A stretch of 42,237 nucleotides of DNA from NCBI GenBank assembly GCA_036170245.1, contig JAVHOV010000002.1, forward strand, positions 1-42,237, given 5' to 3'. The notes under the pieces were generated by a model. It was not told the origin of the DNA. It saw only the letters and a list, made by a program, of their open reading frames with translations, and searched no databases. Origin of the DNA: an archaeon. GTDB taxonomy: Archaea; Iainarchaeota; Iainarchaeia; Iainarchaeales; JAAZKV01. Position numbers and translations under genes: made by a program. Position 1 is the first letter of the stretch. Each line of letters opens with the position of its first letter. Positions 34,697-42,237 of this stretch are shown in pieces.

Positions 34697-35281
34697 TTAA
34701 TCTCTAACTATTTCAATAACATTTGCCCTTGATTTCTTTGGAACTATATTTCCTACTTCAATTAAATATATTCCATCCTGGTATCTTCTTATATCCTTGC
34801 CTTTTACCTTTGATTTTTGTTCAAGGTTTGAAGCTGTTTGTCCAACATCTTCCTTATTAATTCCGCTGACAGTTACTTCCTGTCCTTTTGCTTCAACTTT
34901 TGTATTGCCTACAATTTTAGCTTTTCTTGGGAATTTTTCTCCAAGGAAGTTCTTAATATTAACAATACCTTTTTCAACTGCAATTGACATTGGAAAGTGT
35001 GAGTAAACAACTTTCATTTTGTATTGATATCCGTAAACTAACCCTTCAGTCATATTTCTAATGTGAGCTGAAATTGTTTCAACAAAAACTCCTGTCTGCT
35101 TATTGTTTGGACTTCCAGTCAATGTTATTACATTTCCTTCATTTGATAATTTTACTCTGTAAGTTTTGAATGTTCTGTTTAATTCTCCTTTTGGTCCTTT
35201 AAGAGTAACGTTATTTCCTTCTTTAATAGAAACACTAACTTCTTGAGGAAGTCTAATTTTTTTTGTCATTATTCCAGCCAT
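34697..35281 (-). CDS. rpl6: 50S ribosomal protein L6
   Basis: KGPKGEL.R, YSHFPM, NFLGEK.PR, KEDVGQTA.N.EQ, DGIY. Confidence 0.97.
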   Translation of the reverse strand: MAGIMTKKIRLPQEVSVSIKEGNNVTLKGPKGELNRTFKTYRVKLSNEGNVITLTGSPNNKQTGVFVETISAHIRNMTEGLVYGYQYKMKVVYSHFPMSIAVEKGIVNIKNFLGEKFPRKAKIVGNTKVEAKGQEVTVSGINKEDVGQTASNLEQKSKVKGKDIRRYQDGIYLIEVGNIVPKKSRANVIEIVRD

Positions 35282-35314
35282 AATCTCACACTCTGTTAAA
35301 AAAACTTGCAGCCA

Positions 35315-35707
35315 TTAATACATGAATGCAATTAATCTTCCTCCAAGTCCTTTAGCTTTTGCTTGTGCGTGAGTCATTAAACCTTGTGGTGTTGATACAA
35401 CAATTAATCCCAAGTCTCTTGCAGGCAAGTATCTCTTTTCGTATTTTTCAAATTCATTGTTTCTAACAGCATATCTTGGTTTGATTGCTTTGCATAAATT
35501 CATTTTTCCATTTAAATTTACTGTAAATGAAATTATTCCTTTTTGATCATGTTTTTTATAATCTGCAATGTATCCATTATCCTTTGCAATCTTGAGTATT
35601 TCGCCTAAGAAATTCGAAGCTGGCATTAGCACCACTTCAGTCTTTGAAGCAACTTCAGCGTTTCTTAGTTTTGTTAATGCGTCCATTACAGGGTCTTGTT
35701 GTGCCAT
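35315..35707 (-). CDS. rps8: 30S ribosomal protein S8
   Basis: DP..DAL..L.NAE, IKPRY.V, YLPARD.G...VST.QG.M.H..A...G.GGRLIA. Confidence 0.97.
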   Translation of the reverse strand: MAQQDPVMDALTKLRNAEVASKTEVVLMPASNFLGEILKIAKDNGYIADYKKHDQKGIISFTVNLNGKMNLCKAIKPRYAVRNNEFEKYEKRYLPARDLGLIVVSTPQGLMTHAQAKAKGLGGRLIAFMY

Positions 35708-35716
35708 AATTTCACC

Positions 35717-35917
35717 TCAGTATTTTTCCCAGCCCAAATCTTGTGCTCTATCTTTAAAACATCTTCTGCAAATTCCTAGAGAGTATTTTCTTACCATTCC
35801 TTTTCTTGTTCCGCATATCTTACACTGCCTTATACCAACGGCTCTTTTCTTCATTTTGTCGTTCTTCGAATTTTGTTTTTTTACAGCAGGTTTTGATTTT
35901 GCTTCTTCTTGATTCAT
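35717..35917 (-). CDS. rps14: 30S ribosomal protein S14 (zinc-binding type)
   Basis: C.ICG...G.VRKY.L..CRRCF...A..LG..KY. Confidence 0.96.
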   Translation of the reverse strand: MNQEEAKSKPAVKKQNSKNDKMKKRAVGIRQCKICGTRKGMVRKYSLGICRRCFKDRAQDLGWEKY

Positions 35918-35955
35918 ACTCTCTTCCTCTCAAAAATAATTTCTTCAACTAAATT

Positions 35956-36450
35956 TTATTCTACTTGTATTCCTAAGCCTTCAGCGAATTTTACAGCTTC
36001 AGCTTTTGTTACTCTTTGTTTCTTTCCAACTAATGTTGGCATTATTCTTCTTTTCTTTACACGGTATCCTTTTTTCTTTAATGCAACTATAACATCAAAT
36101 CCTCTTATTCCTAATTTTGGATCATATTTTGCTCCAGGTAAGTCAATATATTCTCTTACTCCGAATCCAAAATTTCCTTCTTTATCAAAGCTCTTTGATG
36201 CAATCTTTCCAGCTTTCGCTTGGATTGCTTTTTTCAAAAATTCAATTGCTTCTTTTCCTCTTAATGTAACTTTTAATCCAATTGGTATTCCTGGTCTTAG
36301 TCCCCAGTCAGGTATTCTTGCTACGCAAATTGTTTGAGCAGGTTTCTTTCCAGTAATTAATGTTATAATCTGGATTGCCTTCTTCATTTCGTCGGGATCA
36401 GCACCTACTCCCATATTAATAACAACTTTATCCATTAATACTTCTTGCAT
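35956..36450 (-). CDS. rpl5: 50S ribosomal protein L5
   Basis: KVVINMGVG, PIG.KVTLRG, FD..GNFGFG..EYID.PG.KYDP.LGI.G.D; start uncertain. Confidence 0.97.
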   Translation of the reverse strand: MQEVLMDKVVINMGVGADPDEMKKAIQIITLITGKKPAQTICVARIPDWGLRPGIPIGLKVTLRGKEAIEFLKKAIQAKAGKIASKSFDKEGNFGFGVREYIDLPGAKYDPKLGIRGFDVIVALKKKGYRVKKRRIMPTLVGKKQRVTKAEAVKFAEGLGIQVE

Positions 36451-36478
36451 ATTCTTCACCAATCTTTAAATTTTATTT

Positions 36479-37189
36479 TTAATTCAATGCCTCGATTTCA
36501 GCTTTGTCTTTTCCGACAACGTGAATGTTCTTAGCAGTTGTTTCAAATATTTCTTTTCCTTCAGCTAATTTTACTAATTTTTCTTTCTTTTCAGTTCCTT
36601 CTACAATTGCAACTATTTTTGCAGTTTCAGCACAATGTGCTCCTTTTGTTATATAAGCTACAGCCCCTTCTTTGAATTGAACTACTTCAGTAACTTTTCC
36701 GCTAGGTAAAGAAATTTTTAATGAATCTCCTACATTAGCTTTTACTCCAATAAATGTTCTTGCGTCATCAGTTGTAAGTTGTATTCCTTTTGAAGTCATT
36801 ACTTTTCCAGTAACTTTACTCAACTTGTCTTTTGCTTCAGCATCAATTGCTTTTAGTACTAATCTTCCTTTTGTGTCAAAAACCATTCTAAAAAACATTT
36901 TTTGCTTTACCATTGTTACAACATCAAATAATCCAATTGGGAATTGGTGTTCTTTTCTTACAACCCCGTTTACTTTTACATCGCTGTTATTCAAAATTTT
37001 CTTTGCTTCTTTCATTGTTTTAACTATTCCAGTGTAATTTCTAATAACTATTCCTAATGCAACGCTAGTTTCTTTTGTATGTGGCCCAGCTTTAGTATTA
37101 ACAGTCCATGCTGTTTCTTTTCTACTTGTATTAACAGCTTTTGGCATGCTGATTGTTTTTGTTTTTTTATTTTGTCCCTTTCTACTCAT
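36479..37189 (-). CDS. rps4e: 30S ribosomal protein S4e
   Basis: GPH...S..L...IR, EAKKI....VKV.G.VR....FPIGLFDV, FET...N..VVG. Confidence 0.95.
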   Translation of the reverse strand: MSRKGQNKKTKTISMPKAVNTSRKETAWTVNTKAGPHTKETSVALGIVIRNYTGIVKTMKEAKKILNNSDVKVNGVVRKEHQFPIGLFDVVTMVKQKMFFRMVFDTKGRLVLKAIDAEAKDKLSKVTGKVMTSKGIQLTTDDARTFIGVKANVGDSLKISLPSGKVTEVVQFKEGAVAYITKGAHCAETAKIVAIVEGTEKKEKLVKLAEGKEIFETTAKNIHVVGKDKAEIEALN

Positions 37190-37200
37190 AACCAAAACCC

Positions 37201-37572
37201 CTATTTTTTCTCCGCTGGTTTAACTGCTTTCTTTGCGTTCTTGAATCTTTTTCTGTCAGTTCTGTCCAAATCTATAACTAAAACATTTGAAGGTTGTATT
37301 GGAATTTGTTTTTCTTTACCGTTACTTTTCTTTAAAGTTAGTTTTTCAATAAAAATTCTTCCTTTAACTGTTTCTACAGCAGTTATTTTTCCTTCTTTTC
37401 CTTTGTCAGTTCCTCGCATGATTCTTACAGTGTCTCCTTTTCTAACACTTATTGATCTCTTGCCAAGTTCTTTACTTAATTTTTCGTCTAAGTGTGAAGC
37501 TATTGCTTTTACTGCCTTGTGCTTTGGCATAGTATAAAATGCTTTTCTTGATTTACTTGGTTTCTTACTCAT
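37201..37572 (-). CDS. rpl24: 50S ribosomal protein L24
   Basis: SKKP.K.RK, RS..VRKGDTV.IMRG..KG.EGK, PSNV. Confidence 0.96.
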   Translation of the reverse strand: MSKKPSKSRKAFYTMPKHKAVKAIASHLDEKLSKELGKRSISVRKGDTVRIMRGTDKGKEGKITAVETVKGRIFIEKLTLKKSNGKEKQIPIQPSNVLVIDLDRTDRKRFKNAKKAVKPAEKK

Positions 37573-37625
37573 TCTTTAACACCTAAATTTCATTTTTTCC
37601 TTTTTACTTATCATATTCCTAAATA

Positions 37626-38027
37626 TTAAATTACTATTGGAGCAAGTCCTACAATTTTTGGAAATCTTTCTCCTACTTCTTTTGCTACGCATCCTTTTAT
37701 TTCTGATGCTTTTGGCAATCCTTCTTCATCAACCAAAACAACTGCGTTATCATCAAATTTAACTCTCATTCCATTTGGTCTTCGAAATTCTTGTCTTGTT
37801 CTAATTATAACTGCTCTTTCAATTTTGCCTCTCATTTCTGGCTTTCCTTTCTTTACTACAACATTAACAAGTGAGCCTATTCCTCCACTTGGGTATTGTT
37901 TTTTTCTACTCTTATAACCGAATACTGAAATAACATCAACTTCTTTTGCTCCAGAATTGTCTGCGCAAAGTACTCTGCTGTGCAATGTAAGTGCCATATT
38001 GTTTGGAATGCTCATTGCTCTCATCAT
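37626..38027 (-). CDS. rpl14: 50S ribosomal protein L14
   Basis: CADNSGAK, VKKGKPEMR, RRPNG.RVKFDDNAVV, G.VAKE. Confidence 0.97.
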   Translation of the reverse strand: MMRAMSIPNNMALTLHSRVLCADNSGAKEVDVISVFGYKSRKKQYPSGGIGSLVNVVVKKGKPEMRGKIERAVIIRTRQEFRRPNGMRVKFDDNAVVLVDEEGLPKASEIKGCVAKEVGERFPKIVGLAPIVI

Positions 38028-38056
38028 TAATCACCTTAAATTTCATTTCAACTTTT

Positions 38057-38398
38057 TTATTGCTTATCCTTTCCTAAAACTTCCATTACAATGAATGACT
38101 TTGTTTTAGAGATTCTTCTTGTTTCTCCAATTTTTACCAAATCTCCTTCTTTTGCCATATTGTTTGGATTATGTGCGTGTACTTTTGATTTACTTTTCTT
38201 ATATCTTTCATACTTTGGTAAATATTGAGTAATTTCTCTTTCAACTGTAACTGTTTTGTTTGCTTTTGCTGAAACAACTTTTCCATAGTAAATATTTCCT
38301 CTTATAACGTAAGTCTTTTCTTCAGTTGGTGTAGATTCAACTACAACGGCTTGTTCTTTCTTTTCTTTTGCAACTTTTGATTTTACTTTTTCAGCCAT
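38057..38398 (-). CDS. rps17: 30S ribosomal protein S17
   Basis: RG....G.VVS.K..KTV.VE, PKYERY.K, HAHNP, GD.V.IGETR..SKTKSF. Confidence 0.96.
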   Translation of the reverse strand: MAEKVKSKVAKEKKEQAVVVESTPTEEKTYVIRGNIYYGKVVSAKANKTVTVEREITQYLPKYERYKKSKSKVHAHNPNNMAKEGDLVKIGETRRISKTKSFIVMEVLGKDKQ

Positions 38399-38436
38399 TT
38401 TTTGTTTCACCTTTATTTTTTATCTTACTTTAAACA

Positions 38437-38757
38437 TCAATTTCTAAATTCTTTTGTCCGATCTTCACTTCTTCTCAAAATTTCTTTTCCTTTTATTATT
38501 ACTTTTTCCCCATTTAAATCAAATTCAAATTCACATTCTTTTTTTGGCAATGATTGTTCTTTCCCATTATTAATAATAAAAGTGTTTTGTGTTTCATCAA
38601 CAACAATTCCTTTTACTCCTATTCTTTTTGGGTCAGTGCTTTGTATCACTTTTACTTCAAGACCAATCAATTCGTGTCCTAAAATATTTTCCTTTGTGAT
38701 CTCATAACACTTACTCTTAATCATCTCCATTTCATCTCTATTACTTTTAAATATCAT
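38437..38757 (-). CDS. rnp1: Ribonuclease P protein component 1 (Rpp29/Pop4)
   Basis: NI..HELIGL.V.V..S.DP...G..G.VVDET.NT...PK....FEF; true start probably a few codons inside. Confidence 0.94.
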   Translation of the reverse strand: MIFKSNRDEMEMIKSKCYEITKENILGHELIGLEVKVIQSTDPKRIGVKGIVVDETQNTFIINNGKEQSLPKKECEFEFDLNGEKVIIKGKEILRRSEDRTKEFRN

Positions 38758-39065
38758 TATCCTCTTGATTCTATCAATTCTTCTTTATATCCTTTTTTAA
38801 TCAAAAAATCTATAACTCTATCTCTGTGTTTTCCCTGCAGTTCTATTTCATTATCCTTTACTGTTCCACCGCATGCAAATTTTTGTTTCATTTCTTTTCC
38901 TAAATCTTTTACTACTTCACTATCATCAATTCCTTTTATAACTGTAACAAACTTTGAAAACTTTCTTCTTATAACTTCTACTCTTATTTTTTGTTGTTCT
39001 TTTGCAATATTACTTATATCAAACAAATCTTTAGGAAGTCCGCTGATCTTATCTATTTCTTGCAT
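38757..39065 (-). CDS. Translation initiation factor aIF1 (SUI1)
   Basis: GLPKDL...IAKEQQKI...RKF.K.VT.I.G...K.FACGGTVKD..IELQG.HR. Confidence 0.96.
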   Translation of the reverse strand: MQEIDKISGLPKDLFDISNIAKEQQKIRVEVIRRKFSKFVTVIKGIDDSEVVKDLGKEMKQKFACGGTVKDNEIELQGKHRDRVIDFLIKKGYKEELIESRG

Positions 39066-39275
39066 TTAGTTCATTGCCTCCTTCTTTTTTTGTGTCAATG
39101 CAGTAAATACTCTTGCAATTTCTCTTCGTAATGCTCTGATCTTACCAGGCTTTTCGCTTTTTGTTCCGCTTGCAGCTAGTGCTCTTTCTTTAACAAGCTC
39201 TTGCTTTAACTCAACTGCTTTTGCAGTAAGTTCTTTTTCGCTTAGCTTCATTTTTTCTTTAAATTTTTCTGCCAT
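39066..39275 (-). CDS. rpl29: 50S ribosomal protein L29
   Basis: EL..K..ELKQEL...R.....G...EKPGKIR.LRREIAR..T. Confidence 0.93.
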   Translation of the reverse strand: MAEKFKEKMKLSEKELTAKAVELKQELVKERALAASGTKSEKPGKIRALRREIARVFTALTQKKKEAMN

Positions 39276-39298
39276 AAAAATCACTTTAATTCAATTAT

Positions 39299-40057
<759 letters not shown>

Positions 40058-40077
40058 TTTTACACCCTATAATAAAT

Positions 40078-40551
40078 TTAATTTTTCATCTCTTGAACTA
40101 TTAATTCTATATTTGTAGCATTTCGTCTTCTTGCTTTTCCTGCGATTCTTCCCTTTGACTGGTATGAGAATCTGTTTATTCCAGCATTTGCATAAATGTG
40201 GATTATCAATAATTTTTCAGCATCAAGTCCCTTGTTATCAGCGTTTGCTTTTGCAAGTTCGAATAATTTTATGAATTCTTTTGCAACTTTTTCAGGGAAT
40301 CTTCCAGATTTAACTCCAGCTCTTGAATCTCCTTTTCTGTGTGCAACTTTTTTATTATAAACTCTTAATGGAAGAAATTCTTCGTGATTGTAAATTCTCT
40401 GCATGAAAGCAATTGCCTTGTTTACCGGCATTGTTTTTATTTGGTTACAAACTTCCACAGAGTACTTTAGTGACACTGGAGCATTTGTAAGCATTGCTCT
40501 TGCAGTATTGCTTTCTTTTCCAACTATTGCTTGGTAATTGTTTTTTGCCAT
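40078..40551 (-). CDS. rpl22: 50S ribosomal protein L22
   Basis: ARA......S.K.SVE.C..I, HRKG, GRFP.K, A..NA..KGLD. Confidence 0.96.
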   Translation of the reverse strand: MAKNNYQAIVGKESNTARAMLTNAPVSLKYSVEVCNQIKTMPVNKAIAFMQRIYNHEEFLPLRVYNKKVAHRKGDSRAGVKSGRFPEKVAKEFIKLFELAKANADNKGLDAEKLLIIHIYANAGINRFSYQSKGRIAGKARRRNATNIELIVQEMKN

Positions 40552-40579
40552 AATCATCACACTTTTTTCTTTCCTAATT

Positions 40580-40978
40580 TTATCCTCTTGCTGTTATTGC
40601 AGTTGAAGACTTTGTTGCTCCTATTCCTGCTTTTCCGTGTTGTAACTTCTTTCTAGTTAATGCAAATTCTCCTAAATAATGTCCTAACATTCTTGTTGTT
40701 ATATCAATTTGTTCCCAGTCTTTTCCTTTGTAAACTGCAACTTTTCCGCCAACCATTTGTGGAACTACAATTAAATCTCTTTTGTGAGTTTTTGTATATT
40801 TTGGTTTTGCTGATTTCTTTGCAGCTTCAAGCTTCTTTATTAATTTCTTATCAATACCAGTTTTTAGTAATGCTCTTCTAGGTCTTGATGTGCATAGCTT
40901 AGCAAAATCTTGCAAGCTCAACGCTTGTAATTCTTCGATTGTTTTTCCTCTGAATGTTACTTTTTTTACTTCAGCCAT
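40580..40978 (-). CDS. rps19: 30S ribosomal protein S19
   Basis: FRGKT.EEL, KTH.RD...VP.MVG, MLGHYLGEFA.TRK...HG..GIGAT.SS. Confidence 0.97.
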   Translation of the reverse strand: MAEVKKVTFRGKTIEELQALSLQDFAKLCTSRPRRALLKTGIDKKLIKKLEAAKKSAKPKYTKTHKRDLIVVPQMVGGKVAVYKGKDWEQIDITTRMLGHYLGEFALTRKKLQHGKAGIGATKSSTAITARG

Positions 40979-41058
40979 TTTTTACACACCTTATAATCTT
41001 TTTAATATTTTCAAAAATAATATTAAAGGAATTTTTAAAAATTCCCCTAACATAACTT

Positions 41059-41769
41059 TTAGTTCTTCTTCTTTCTCCCTGTTCTTGAAGATGCGATTGC
41101 ACCAACTTTTCTTCCAGGTGGAGCGTTTCTTGATGTACTCTTTGATTTTCCTGGGTGGTGAGCAGCTCCTCCGAATGGATGATCTACTGCGTTCATCTTT
41201 ACTCCTCTTACTCTTGGATACATCTTGTGCTTTGCTTTCATCAAGTGGAACATATTTCCGGCTTTTACCATTGGCTTGTCGCCTTTTCCGCCGCATGAAA
41301 TGTTTCCAATTGTTGCTCTGCATGTTAAAGGTAATACTATCATACTTCCTGAGGGCATTTTCAAAGTTGCGCCCTTGCTATCTTTAGCCATTAATAATGC
41401 GTATCCGCCGGCTGATTTGATTAAAGTTCCGCCATCTCCAGCAATTTTCTCTACATTGAAAATTGGGCATCCTTCTGGTAAATCTGCTAAGTATGAAACA
41501 TTTCCAATTTCGATTGGAACTTGTTTTCCTTGCTGAATTCTTTGTCCTAAATATAATCCTTCAGCTGCTGGCAAATATTCTTTTGCACCATTTATAAAAG
41601 TTATTTCTGCTAAAATTGCGTGTCTTCCAGTATCTTTGATTAAGTCAGTTATTTCACCTTTAACACTTTCTTCTGACAAAAGACAGTATTTTGCCTGTAT
41701 TCCATTGTGTTTTGCAATGAATGTGTGTGATCCTTTTCCAGATCTTTGTGAGATTAATCGTTTACCCAT
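41059..41769 (-). CDS. rpl2: 50S ribosomal protein L2
   Basis: MGKRLISQR.GKG, GDGG.L..SAG, KAGN, P.VRGV.MNAVDHPFGG, APPGRKVG.IA..RTG. Confidence 0.98.
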   Translation of the reverse strand: MGKRLISQRSGKGSHTFIAKHNGIQAKYCLLSEESVKGEITDLIKDTGRHAILAEITFINGAKEYLPAAEGLYLGQRIQQGKQVPIEIGNVSYLADLPEGCPIFNVEKIAGDGGTLIKSAGGYALLMAKDSKGATLKMPSGSMIVLPLTCRATIGNISCGGKGDKPMVKAGNMFHLMKAKHKMYPRVRGVKMNAVDHPFGGAAHHPGKSKSTSRNAPPGRKVGAIASSRTGRKKKN

Positions 41770-41802
41770 TTATATCACTTTTTAAATTTCAAATTATTAA
41801 TT

Positions 41803-42225
41803 TTACAATACTCCTAATTTTGTTGCAAGTTCGCTTGCTTTAAATTTCTTATCAAGTTTAACAATTGCTTTTTTTCTTCCTTTCATATCTCTTATAATGT
41901 TTACTTTAACAATCTTTATACCATAAGCTTCTTCCAAAACTTTCTTGATTTCAGGCTTTGAAGAATTGTCATTTACTATAAATGTTAATTTGTTTTCAGC
42001 TTCAATCATGTTAACTGCTTTTTCAGTTACAAGTGGATGAATTATAACTTCCATGTCCTGTAATGTTGCTGTTTTAGCTAAAACACTTTCAGTTTTTATA
42101 CTTTCAGCTTTAGCTTCAGTCTTAACTTCAGCTTTTTTAGCTTTAGCTTCTTTATTCTTTTCTTGTTTTCCTTTTGAAGCTTCTTGACTTGCTTGCTTCT
42201 TTTCTGCTTCTTTTAATTTTACCAT
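41803..42225 (-). CDS. rpl23: 50S ribosomal protein L23 (long Lys/Glu/Ala-rich N-terminal extension)
   Basis: IIHPLVTEKA..MIE.ENKLTFIV...K.EIK...E..Y..K..KVN...G.KKAIVKL. Confidence 0.96.
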   Translation of the reverse strand: MVKLKEAEKKQASQEASKGKQEKNKEAKAKKAEVKTEAKAESIKTESVLAKTATLQDMEVIIHPLVTEKAVNMIEAENKLTFIVNDNSSKPEIKKVLEEAYGIKIVKVNIIRDMKGRKKAIVKLDKKFKASELATKLGVL

Positions 42226-42237
42226 AAAAATCACATT

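Noticed and set aside
40991..41323. 110-aa minus-strand ORF overlapping the rpl2 3' half
   Set aside because: Alternative frame of rpl2 with no recognisable domain.

Overview
AT-rich archaeal chromosome segment: archaeal-type ribosomal proteins, aIF2gamma, aIF5B, RpoD/N/E'/E'', Kae1 and GGTGA-type Shine-Dalgarno motifs. The trimmed operons and accessory genes suggest a DPANN-type lineage (inference). About 12.7-42.2 kb is almost entirely minus-strand translation/transcription genes: the S10-spc block (L23 to SecY), then DUF106-L34e-L14e-S13-S4-S11-RpoD-tRNA-Leu-L18e-L13-S9-RpoN-S2, then TrmB and GluRS, then L7Ae-S28e-L24e-Ndk-Ndk-like-aIF5B-S6e-aIF2gamma-PIN-RpoE'-Spt4-S24e-S27ae, followed by a CAAX protease, kae1 and a divergent rpiA. 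The left 10 kb is accessory: four paralogous FecR-like/DUF4352-like genes without obvious export signals, divergent from a double-zinc-ribbon gene, plus a lipoprotein, a HAD phosphatase, DUF116, a PEP-utilizer/TrmB divergon and a methyltransferase. There are three tRNAs: Glu-CTC and Leu-TAA with introns, and Met-CAT. The most striking observation is a set of small tandem-hairpin elements. Two related copies sit in-frame, in the same frame, inside kae1 and aIF2gamma (26/35 nt identical, with a compensatory base-pair change). A second related pair links the tRNA-Glu intron and the tRNA-Met leader (19/23 nt). Also notable: a K-turn in the L7Ae leader, degenerate RpiA and Ndk paralogues, non-canonical tRNA elbows, and a probable GNAT remnant.
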